Shown here: in pieces, positions 28,191 through 36,525 of the stretch
How the letters are laid out: every line of letters starts with the position of its first letter
Position numbering within the stretch: the stretch's first letter is position 1
NCBI GenBank assembly: GCA_963769425.1
Contig: CAVYLP010000001.1
Span: forward strand, 96,001-160,000
DNA: 64,000 nucleotides
Direction: 5' to 3'
From: Candidatus Bathyarchaeota archaeon
GTDB taxonomy: Archaea > Thermoproteota > Bathyarchaeia > TCS64
Made by a program: the position numbers and the translations under genes
The notes under the pieces: generated by a model
Seen by the model: the letters and a program-made list of their open reading frames with translations, nothing else
Database searches by the model: none
Told to the model about the DNA's origin: nothing

Positions 28191-30521
28191 TCAACCTGAT
28201 AAAAGTCGCCGCTTCTCCGGTGAGAGCTTACCCATCTGCTTCACCTGCTCCGTAAAATCCGAGATGAACTTAGGGAGCATCTTAAAGATGGGGAGCACCA
28301 TGGGTTGGAGGCGAACCCTCCCCGGTTCTATACCGAGTCCACTCAGTACCTCAGAGACATCAGCAACTAGCTTCTCCGCTAGCTCGGCCTCGTGGCTATC
28401 CTCCACCTCGCAGATGAACACCCCGTCAGCGCCCAACCCCATCGCCTTCAGGATGGTCTCCTTACTCAAGAGCGCGGTCGAGGTCATCCTCATTATCCTT
28501 ATGTTCGTCGGATAGTGAAGCCTCGCCGTGCCCGCGTTGTCGGCTGCCGTGTAACTTATATTATCGTCGAAGAAGCCGAGCACCGCAACATCGCCCTCCG
28601 TCCCGGAGAGGAGAGCCTTAGCCTCCTCAAGCAGAACCTCCCCTGAGTTGTTAGGTATCCTCAGCGCATCCTTGGGGCAAACAGCGATACACGCCCCGCA
28701 GCCGTTGCAGCTCACAGGATCCAGCACGGGCCCCTCGCCGCCCATCGACAAAGCGCCCCTGACGCAGGCGACCGCGCATGCACCGCAGAGGTCGCACTCG
28801 CCATCGTGGACCGGCTTCTCTGGGCTCAGCTTCGCCGTTCCGTCCCCCACGAAGTTGTAGACGTGGCTCGCCGCGGCCCTCGCGTCGACGACCGAGTCGT
28901 GTATGTCCTTCGTTCCCGTGGCGACACCGACGGCGAAGACGCCCTCCCTAAGCGTCGAGATCGGGTCGAGCTTAACGTGCTTCGGCGCCACAAAGAGGTC
29001 CTCCCCGAGGGCTACCCCGAGGCGGGACGCGAGCTCGCCCGTCCCAGCGGAGGGCACCATCGCGGAGCTGAGCACCACGAGGTCGACGGGATTCCTCAAC
29101 ATCAACCCCGTGTCTAGGTCCTCGACGATTATCTCGAACCGCCCATCGTCCAGAGGCGTCAGTCCGCCGGGCTTAGCGTGTATGAACTGGACCCCCTTCT
29201 CACGGGCCTCCCTGTAGAAGTCCTCGAACCCGCGCCCCGTCATGCGCATATCCGTATAGTAGATGTAGACCTTCAGAAATGGCAAAAACTTCCTGAGTAG
29301 GATGGCCTGCTTGATCGAGTAGGCGCAGCAGACGCTGCTGCAGTAACCTACGCCGTGGTGAGGGTCGCGGCTCCCCGCGCAGAGGATGTAGGCGATGGAC
29401 TTCACCCTCTCACCGTTACCACGCGTCAGGACCTTCCCCTCGGTGAGCTCATTCTCTATGAGCCTCTCAACCTGAAGGGCGTTCACGACCCCACTCATCT
29501 CAGGGTGGTACGTGCGAAGCACCTCCTCCCCGATGAGGTCGAAGCCAGTGGCCACTATCATCGACCCGGCGTCGACTGTGACGATCTTCTCCTGATCCTC
29601 TAGGTTGATCGCGCCGACTGGGCACGCCTCAACGCAGGCCCCACATCGCTTGCAGTGCTCGAAGTCGATTGCGAAGCTGGAGGGTACGGCCTGAGGGAAG
29701 GGGAGGTAAGCAGCCTTACGCTTATAGAGACCCTCCTCGAACTCGTTCGACACCTCAGTCGGGCAGACCTGACCGCATCGTCCACATTTCAAGCATTTGT
29801 CAGCATCGACGCCCCTCGGCGCGACCCTGACCTTGACGTGATAGTCTCCCGGGCCGCCCGACACCGAGGCGACCTCAGCACCAGTCAGGAGGGTAATGTT
29901 CTCGTCGTTTCCGACCTCAGCCATGCGTGGGCTGAGTATGCAGGGACTACAGTCAAGTGTTGGAAAAGTCTTGCTGAGCTGCGCCATCCGTCCCCCTATG
30001 CTGGGGCGACGCTCAACGAGGTTGACCTTGAACCCGCCCCTGCTGAGTTGTAGGGCCGCGGTTATCCCCGAGACGCCCCCGCCGATGACTAGCACGTCCC
30101 TATTTATCTTCACAACTTTCTCCTCGAGAGGCTCAAGGGTACGCGCACGCGCAACGCCGCCCCTGACTAGGCTGATTGCCTTCTCGGTAGCTCCCCTGTC
30201 GTGGACCCAGCTGCATTGCTCCCTCAAGTTGACGTGGACGAGCCGGTGTCGGTTTACACCGGCTTCCTCAACGACGCCGCGGAACATCTCCTCATGCATA
30301 TGTGGACTGCAGCAGGCGACAACTACTCGGTCCAACCCTTGGGACTTGATGCTGCCCTTTATCAGCTGGAGCCCCGGCTTTGAGCAGAGAAACTCGGTGA
30401 CCTGCCCCGTCTTGACGTCCTCCTCGTCCTTCACCGAATCGCGGACATTCTCGCAGTTCACGGTGCCCGATATGTTCCCGCCGCACTTACAGATGAATAC
30501 GCCTGTTGTCATGTCAGACAC
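28191..30521 (-). CDS. hdrA: heterodisulfide reductase subunit A with a C-terminal degenerate MvhD-like domain
   Basis: FICKCGGNI, REQCSW, GGGVSG FAD motif, KTFPTLDCSPC, ferredoxin insert, CAGSRD...YCSSVCC; the MvhD-like tail lacks Cys ligands. Confidence 0.92.
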   Translation of the reverse strand: MSDMTTGVFICKCGGNISGTVNCENVRDSVKDEEDVKTGQVTEFLCSKPGLQLIKGSIKSQGLDRVVVACCSPHMHEEMFRGVVEEAGVNRHRLVHVNLREQCSWVHDRGATEKAISLVRGGVARARTLEPLEEKVVKINRDVLVIGGGVSGITAALQLSRGGFKVNLVERRPSIGGRMAQLSKTFPTLDCSPCILSPRMAEVGNDENITLLTGAEVASVSGGPGDYHVKVRVAPRGVDADKCLKCGRCGQVCPTEVSNEFEEGLYKRKAAYLPFPQAVPSSFAIDFEHCKRCGACVEACPVGAINLEDQEKIVTVDAGSMIVATGFDLIGEEVLRTYHPEMSGVVNALQVERLIENELTEGKVLTRGNGERVKSIAYILCAGSRDPHHGVGYCSSVCCAYSIKQAILLRKFLPFLKVYIYYTDMRMTGRGFEDFYREAREKGVQFIHAKPGGLTPLDDGRFEIIVEDLDTGLMLRNPVDLVVLSSAMVPSAGTGELASRLGVALGEDLFVAPKHVKLDPISTLREGVFAVGVATGTKDIHDSVVDARAAASHVYNFVGDGTAKLSPEKPVHDGECDLCGACAVACVRGALSMGGEGPVLDPVSCNGCGACIAVCPKDALRIPNNSGEVLLEEAKALLSGTEGDVAVLGFFDDNISYTAADNAGTARLHYPTNIRIMRMTSTALLSKETILKAMGLGADGVFICEVEDSHEAELAEKLVADVSEVLSGLGIEPGRVRLQPMVLPIFKMLPKFISDFTEQVKQMGKLSPEKRRLLSG

Positions 30522-31386
30522 CCACCTTCCCCAGGAGAGCTTGGACGCTCACCGAGTTCACGTCGAAGCCAAGCTTTGATGGATCGATTCCGAGTGCTAA
30601 TCCGAGTAACTGGGGGTAATAGAGGACGGGGAGGCCGAAATGCCTCCCGAGCTCCTCCTCCAAGTTCCTCTGGTACTTGTCGTACATAATCCCGCAGAAG
30701 GGACAGATGACAACCATGGCGTCAGCCTTCTCGGATAATTTCGCGAGCTTCTTCCCCGTCATCGCCTTAGCTATATCCTCACGGACAGCGAGTATCCCGC
30801 CGCCGCAGCAATCGGTCTTCCCCTGGTAGTCAAGGGTCTCCGCCCCAGTGGCCTCGACGAGCCTGTCGAGGGTGCCGGGGAACTCTGGGTCGTCGAATCC
30901 GGAATAGAGCGTGGATGGGCGCACATAGTGACACCCGGGGTGAGTGGCTATCTTAAGGCTCTTGAGCGGCTTTACGACCCGCACCCGAATGTTGTTAAGG
31001 CCGTAGTCGTCGTGGAGCATCCGCGCGAAGTGGATCACCCTCGGCCTCTCCCCCGCGTAGGTTACCCCCGCCTGCGCGAGGACCTTGACAACGCCCTTGG
31101 CGGCCTCAGCGTCCTCACCGAGCCTCTTCTCCGCCTTGCTCAGCATTTCGCCACATGCCGAGCAGAGGGTGACGAGAGTATAGCCGCTCGCCGACGCGAT
31201 CTGCAGGTTAGCAGCTGCCATTGACAGCGCCTTGACCTCGTCGACCGGCTCCACGGGGAACCCACAGCAGCCGTAGCCGCCGTCGACGAACTCGATGCCG
31301 AGCACCCTCGCAACCTCCCTCGCGGACTGCTCATAGTTCATCTGCCGGGTAGGAATCGTGCATCCGAGGAAGAGGCTGTACCTCAT
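30514..31386 (-). CDS. hdrB: heterodisulfide reductase subunit B
   Basis: Two CCG domains (GCCG, DCCGGG), HPGCH, CPFC, PVLYYPQLLGLALG. Confidence 0.95.
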   Translation of the reverse strand: MRYSLFLGCTIPTRQMNYEQSAREVARVLGIEFVDGGYGCCGFPVEPVDEVKALSMAAANLQIASASGYTLVTLCSACGEMLSKAEKRLGEDAEAAKGVVKVLAQAGVTYAGERPRVIHFARMLHDDYGLNNIRVRVVKPLKSLKIATHPGCHYVRPSTLYSGFDDPEFPGTLDRLVEATGAETLDYQGKTDCCGGGILAVREDIAKAMTGKKLAKLSEKADAMVVICPFCGIMYDKYQRNLEEELGRHFGLPVLYYPQLLGLALGIDPSKLGFDVNSVSVQALLGKVGV

Positions 31387-31868
31387 GCCTTCGCCTCCGA
31401 GATGCGCTTAATGAACTCGGGCTCGGCCTCGACTGCGGGGAGACCCCGGTCGCTCCTCTCCTCGTTCGTAAAGTCGTCGACGGAATAGACGCGCCCGTTC
31501 CGCCTCAGGGTGTCGAGGAGCTTCGAGAGGTTGGCGGGAGCCACACCCTCTTTCGCCGCCATGTTCCTCAGGACCGTCATCACCTCGGGGGGGCGCACAT
31601 CCTGTGGGCACCTCTCAAGGCACATGAAGCACATGCTGCAGAGCCAGATCGTGTCGCTCGCGAAGACCTGCTTCTTAAGCCCCATCTTAGCCAGCTTCAT
31701 GATCCTCCGGGGGCTGAACGAAGCCTCCACCTCCCGAACTGGACAAGAGGCGGTGCATACCCCACACTGGAAGCACTTGCTGAGGTCGCTCGCGCCCAGC
31801 TCGGCTTCGAGCCTCCTCAGGAACCGGGTGTCAGCCTCGGATAGATCCACCACGCTGTCTGGGGCCAT
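31383..31868 (-). CDS. hdrC: heterodisulfide reductase subunit C
   Basis: CFQCGVCTASCP, IWLCSMCFMCLERCP. Confidence 0.95.
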   Translation of the reverse strand: MAPDSVVDLSEADTRFLRRLEAELGASDLSKCFQCGVCTASCPVREVEASFSPRRIMKLAKMGLKKQVFASDTIWLCSMCFMCLERCPQDVRPPEVMTVLRNMAAKEGVAPANLSKLLDTLRRNGRVYSVDDFTNEERSDRGLPAVEAEPEFIKRISEAKA

Positions 31869-31915
31869 CTGCTTCTGATGAATTACAGTGGATTAAAAAG
31901 ATTGAGAAGAAAGAG

Positions 31916-32254
31916 TTACGCCTTGGGGGTCTCGTAGATCTCTGTCTTCTTCGTGTACTCAGGCGCCCTCATCTCGACGGCGCCCGTGATCGCCTGCTGC
32001 ATGCAGTTATCGATGCAGAGGTAGCAGAAGAGGCACTTAAACGGCTGGTACTCCACCCTCTTCTCCTCGGGCACGACCTTAATCGCCATACTAGGGCAGA
32101 CGCGCTCGCAGTCCTGACACTGGTCGCACCTATTCATGTCCCACGTCAGCGCCCCTCGTGTGCCGGGCACAGGCGTCGGCTTCTCGAACGGGTACTTAAC
32201 CGTCGCTGGCTTGCTGAAGAGGTTCTTCAGTACTTCCTTTACCATTTCCGGCAT
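31916..32254 (-). CDS. echF: Ech hydrogenase 2x[4Fe-4S] subunit (NuoI-like)
   Basis: NLFSKPATVKYP, CDQCQDCERVCP, CLFCYLCIDNC. Confidence 0.9.
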   Translation of the reverse strand: MPEMVKEVLKNLFSKPATVKYPFEKPTPVPGTRGALTWDMNRCDQCQDCERVCPSMAIKVVPEEKRVEYQPFKCLFCYLCIDNCMQQAITGAVEMRAPEYTKKTEIYETPKA

Positions 32255-33382
32255 TTAGATGGCCTCCTTCTTCACCCGGACGAAGCGCTCCGTGCAGCTT
32301 ATGCACGGGTCGATGCTGTGGACGATGGTCGGTATATCCGGGACGTCGTTCCCGATGAGCATTGAGACGAGCGGCGGAATGTTTGCGGCGGTAGGGGTCC
32401 TGATCTTGCAGCGGCTCAACTTGTTCGTGCCGTTCCCCTCTACGTAGTAGAATAGCTCGCCCCGTGGCTGCTCAGTCCTCACGAGGGCCGTGCCTACGGG
32501 GAACTTTTCGCTCTTGTTGAGCACCGGCCCCTCAGGCATCTCCTTAAGCGCCTTCTCGATGAGGTCTAGGCTCTGGAAGACCTCGTCGTACCTGACAAGC
32601 ATCCTCGAGTAGGCATCCTCACCATCGTGGGTCACTGGCTCGAAACCGAGCGCCCCGTATGCCTCGTACCCAGTCATCCTAGCGTCGGTCTTTATACCGC
32701 TTCCCCTGATCGTTGGGCCAACGGCTCCGAGGAAAGATGCCTTGCTCTTCGGCAAGATTCCCCTACCCTGCGTCTTGGCCTTAAGGGCGGAGTCCTTGTA
32801 GAAGACGGGGCGAAGGTTCTCCATCTTCTGCCTTACTACGCTGAGGTCTTCGACGTATGTCTTCGCGAGGCCCTCGTCGATGTCCTTCCTGCAGCCGCCG
32901 ATCACGTTGGTCTCAAGGTGGATGCGGTGGCCGTTCGTCTTCTCGTTGAGGGTAAGTATAACCTCACGGTCGCGCCAGATCTGCATGAATAAGCTCTCGA
33001 AGCCGACGGCGTCGGCAAAGAGGCCGAGCCAGAGCAGGTGGCTCTGGAGGCGCTGTAGCTCGCTCCAGGCGACGCGTATGTACTTTGCTCGTGCGGGGAC
33101 CTCCGTGTCCGTCGTTTTCTCGATCGCCTCGCAGTAAGTCATGCCGTGGATGAAGTTGCAGATGCCGCAGACGCGCTCGCAGAGGTAGATGTTCCTCTTC
33201 AGGTCGTTGATCTCGCACGCGCGCTCTATACCGCGGTGGACGTAGCCTAGGTTGGGCACGACGTCGATTATCTTATCCTCGTCGACCACGAAGCGGAGGT
33301 GTACGGGTTCGGGTAGCACGGGGTGCTGGGGTCCGAAGGGTATTACAGTGTACTTGTTCTGGGACATCTTTGCATCACTCAT
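32255..33382 (-). CDS. echE: group 4 [NiFe]-hydrogenase large subunit
   Basis: FGPQHP, GYVHRGIE, L1 ERVCGIC, EQPRGE, RTPT, L2 DPCISCTER. Confidence 0.93.
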   Translation of the reverse strand: MSDAKMSQNKYTVIPFGPQHPVLPEPVHLRFVVDEDKIIDVVPNLGYVHRGIERACEINDLKRNIYLCERVCGICNFIHGMTYCEAIEKTTDTEVPARAKYIRVAWSELQRLQSHLLWLGLFADAVGFESLFMQIWRDREVILTLNEKTNGHRIHLETNVIGGCRKDIDEGLAKTYVEDLSVVRQKMENLRPVFYKDSALKAKTQGRGILPKSKASFLGAVGPTIRGSGIKTDARMTGYEAYGALGFEPVTHDGEDAYSRMLVRYDEVFQSLDLIEKALKEMPEGPVLNKSEKFPVGTALVRTEQPRGELFYYVEGNGTNKLSRCKIRTPTAANIPPLVSMLIGNDVPDIPTIVHSIDPCISCTERFVRVKKEAI

Positions 33383-35174
33383 TCCAGTCACACTTCCAGC
33401 AGCGCTTAGCCTCGCGAAGCGCCTCGTCCTCGTTGTAGCCGAGCTCGACCTCGCCGAAGCCCTTCACGCGCTCCTCAGCGTTCAGCTCGCGGCAGGTAAC
33501 CATCTCCTGGAACCTGATCTCCTCAATGTTTGGTGGGCGGCCGACGAACTCGTCCGCCTTGAGGTCAGGCGGCGGTAGGCCCTTGCCTCCGAGGCTCATG
33601 TCTATGCTGTGGGCGGCCTTCCTGCCGTCCCTCAGGGCCTCGATTACACTGCTGGGGCCGAAGACGCCGTCGCCACCGGCGTAGACGCCGGGGAGACTCG
33701 TCTGCATAGTCTCCTCGTTGATGACTATCCTGCCCTGCCTGTTGACCTCGACACCGAAGTCGGCGGGAACAACTACTGACTGGCCGATCGCCTTCACTAT
33801 GGTATCAACCTCGATGGTGTACTCGCTCCCCTTCACCGGTACTGGCCTGCGCCTGCCCGAGTCGTCGGGTGCACCGAGCTCCATGTGTTGGAGGGTGAGC
33901 TTCAGTGGCTTACCCGGCTCGATCTTGATGGGTGCGGTTAGGTACTCGAAGCTGACGCCCTCCTGTAGGGCCCCGTGGATCTCGTGGGGCGAGGCGGGCA
34001 TCTCCTTCTCGGTGCGCCTGTAGTACATGACCACCTTGCTGGCGCCTAGGCGCTTCGCTACGCGTGCCGCGTCTATCGAGCTGTTGCCTCCGCCGATGAT
34101 GGCGACGCGGTCGCCGACGGACGGGGTCTTGTCGTGTACGTTGACCTGGTTGAGGAGCTCACGGAAGTCCATGACACCCTCGTTGTCCTCGCCGTCGACG
34201 CCCAGCTTGTAGCTGTCGACCGCCCCGATGGCTACGAAGACGGCGTCGTGTTCCTTCTTAACGATCTTGAGGTTCTTGACCTCCTTCTTCGTCTTGAGGG
34301 TGACACCCGCCTCGGCTAGACGTGCCTGTATCTCCTCCTCAAGGAGGTCCTTAGGCAGCCTGTACTTTGGTATCCCCCAGAGCATGGCCCCGCCGCAGCG
34401 GTCGCCCCTCTCGTAGAGAGTGACCTCATGGCCGAGCAGGCCGAGGAAGTAGGCGCATCCGACGCCCGCGGGTCCCCCACCGACTACAGCGACCTTCTTA
34501 CCTGTGGGCTTCTCCACCTTCATCTTCCGCCTGAGGCTCGGCATCGAGTCCGCGGTGTACCTCTTTATGAGCCTGATCTGTATGGGCTCGTCGTTGCGCT
34601 CCTGGCGGCAGCCTTCCTGACACGGGGCGAAGCAGACCCTCCCGAGTATCGCGGGAAGAGGAGCCCTCTCACAGACGGTGCTGTAACCGCCCTGTGGATC
34701 GCCCGTAGCGACCTGCCTGATGTACTTCGGAGCATTAACGGAACCGGGGCACTGCTCTCTACAGCGGCCATAGAACCTCTTAATGAAAGGCGCGGGACCG
34801 ACCGCCGGCTTTACGAGCGTGGTGTCGTCAGCGCCCTCGATGGTGAGAAGCTTTCCGCCAAAGTCTACGCTGATGTTTGAGACCTGTATCTTGAAGAGGT
34901 CCTGTAGCTCGTTCTCGAAGAGCAGCGCGGATGGGTAGACGCTCGTGATACTCGGCATCGCCTCCTTCCGGGGGATCTTCACATGGAGGTTGACTACGTC
35001 CAAGCCCTTCGCGAAGTTGTATACGTACTCCATCTCCTGGCCGTGGTCGAGGGCCGTGATGGTTATCAGGCGTGCGCCCTGAGCCTTCAGCTCGCCAAGC
35101 CTGTTGAACATCTCCGACTTATCGGCTGAAATGTCCTCTGTCTTTGATTTTAACTCGAACTGCTGTACCGTCAT
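33375..35174 (-). CDS. fusion of an EchD/NuoC-like domain and a GltD/NfnB-like FAD/Fe-S NAD(P)H oxidoreductase
   Basis: N-terminal ARLITIT, PSITSVYPSALLFENELQDLF (EchD); then C...CP, LGRVCFAPCQEGC, GGGPAG, GIPKYRLP, GGGNSSID, YRR, GVYAGGD, EAKRCWKC in one uninterrupted ORF. Confidence 0.9.
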   Translation of the reverse strand: MTVQQFELKSKTEDISADKSEMFNRLGELKAQGARLITITALDHGQEMEYVYNFAKGLDVVNLHVKIPRKEAMPSITSVYPSALLFENELQDLFKIQVSNISVDFGGKLLTIEGADDTTLVKPAVGPAPFIKRFYGRCREQCPGSVNAPKYIRQVATGDPQGGYSTVCERAPLPAILGRVCFAPCQEGCRQERNDEPIQIRLIKRYTADSMPSLRRKMKVEKPTGKKVAVVGGGPAGVGCAYFLGLLGHEVTLYERGDRCGGAMLWGIPKYRLPKDLLEEEIQARLAEAGVTLKTKKEVKNLKIVKKEHDAVFVAIGAVDSYKLGVDGEDNEGVMDFRELLNQVNVHDKTPSVGDRVAIIGGGNSSIDAARVAKRLGASKVVMYYRRTEKEMPASPHEIHGALQEGVSFEYLTAPIKIEPGKPLKLTLQHMELGAPDDSGRRRPVPVKGSEYTIEVDTIVKAIGQSVVVPADFGVEVNRQGRIVINEETMQTSLPGVYAGGDGVFGPSSVIEALRDGRKAAHSIDMSLGGKGLPPPDLKADEFVGRPPNIEEIRFQEMVTCRELNAEERVKGFGEVELGYNEDEALREAKRCWKCDWNE

Positions 35175-35175
35175 C

Positions 35176-35619
35176 TTAGTCCACCTTCTCTCCCTCACTC
35201 ACCTTCTGGAGCTTCTGTAATGCGAGCACAACCCCGTCCACGATGGACTCTGGGCGGGCCGCGCAGCCGGGGACGTAGACGTCCACGGGGATGACCTTGT
35301 CGATGCCCCCGAGGGTGTTGGGGCAGTTGTGGAATATCGCACCGCTACACGCGCACTCGCCGATGGCGATGACCGCCTTCGGCTGAGGCATCTGGTCGTA
35401 GAGGTTCTTCAGCACGTGCTGGTTGCGCTTGTTGGCGGGGCCAGTCACGACCAGGACGTCCGCCTGCTTCGGGTCGCCTATGTTGACTATGCCGAAGCGC
35501 TCCACATCGAACTTAGGCGTCAGAGCGGCTAGTATCTCGATGTCGCAGCCGTTGCAGCTGCCGCAGTCAAAGTGTATGACCCACGGCGACTTGAGCCGTG
35601 CCTTAGTCATTGTCTTCAT
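35176..35619 (-). CDS. echC: Ech hydrogenase small subunit (NuoB-like)
   Basis: KSPW, CGSCNGCDIE, GECA, VPGCAARPE. Confidence 0.93.
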   Translation of the reverse strand: MKTMTKARLKSPWVIHFDCGSCNGCDIEILAALTPKFDVERFGIVNIGDPKQADVLVVTGPANKRNQHVLKNLYDQMPQPKAVIAIGECACSGAIFHNCPNTLGGIDKVIPVDVYVPGCAARPESIVDGVVLALQKLQKVSEGEKVD

Positions 35620-36524
35620 GATAGTATCACCACACGGGCGATGAGCCCGACGATGTTCGCGATTATTAGGAGGAAACCCACGACCCACGTTGTCTTCAAC
35701 ATGGTCTTCCAGTCGAGCCTCGGGTAGCTGTTGTCGATCACGAGGACGACGAAGAAGAGTGCGAAGGCTATGATTGCCCCAAAAACTATCCACGGGACCG
35801 TGAGTGCACCGAGGACAAGGTCCTTTGCCCAGAATAGGCTCGCGAAGCCTACGAGCAGGGCGACCTTCGTCCAGTGGCCCAACTCAACCAGTGCGAGTGT
35901 GTAGCCGCTGAACTCGGTGTAGACGCCCCTGACGAGCTCCTGGTGGGCGTGGCCCGAACCGGAGACGTCGAAGGGGGACTTCTTCATGTCGATGATGAGT
36001 ACAGGGATGAGGGCGAGGAAGGTCAGTGGTAGGATGGTTAGCAGTGGCTCCTGGACGTCGAAGATCGAGCCGACCATGAAGCTTCCGGAGACGAAGAAGA
36101 TGCTTATCGCGGCGAGTAGCAGGACGGGCTCGTAGCTGAGCATGCCAAGCAGCTCGCGGCGGGCTCCTATGTTGCTGTAGGGGGACTTGGAGTTAAAGGC
36201 CGCCACAATCAGGCATAGGTCAGCTATCGCCATCGTGAAGACGAGCAACAGCATGTCCTGCCCGAAGGCCAGGAGCGCGAAGGCGGCGACGCTGAAGCCG
36301 AAGTAGCCGAAGGCTAGTATCGGCTGGAGGCTGCTCGCGATGAACGGCTCCTTGCCCCAGAGCTTTATCGCGTCGTAGAAGGGCTGCAGTATCGGCGGCC
36401 CCATGCGGCTCTGCATCCTGGCGGTTATCCTCCGGTCTATGCCCATCAGCAGGCCGCCGATTATTGGGGCAAGTATGACTAAGACCACCGGAACGTACGT
36501 GTTGAGGTTGAGGAAGTCTACCAT
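35616..36524 (-). CDS. echB: Ech hydrogenase membrane subunit (NuoH-like)
   Basis: GIDRRITARMQ.R.GPP.LQPFYD..KL, SYEP, KSPFD, HQELV.G..TEFSG. Confidence 0.93.
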   Translation of the reverse strand: MVDFLNLNTYVPVVLVILAPIIGGLLMGIDRRITARMQSRMGPPILQPFYDAIKLWGKEPFIASSLQPILAFGYFGFSVAAFALLAFGQDMLLLVFTMAIADLCLIVAAFNSKSPYSNIGARRELLGMLSYEPVLLLAAISIFFVSGSFMVGSIFDVQEPLLTILPLTFLALIPVLIIDMKKSPFDVSGSGHAHQELVRGVYTEFSGYTLALVELGHWTKVALLVGFASLFWAKDLVLGALTVPWIVFGAIIAFALFFVVLVIDNSYPRLDWKTMLKTTWVVGFLLIIANIVGLIARVVILS

Positions 36525-36525
36525 G

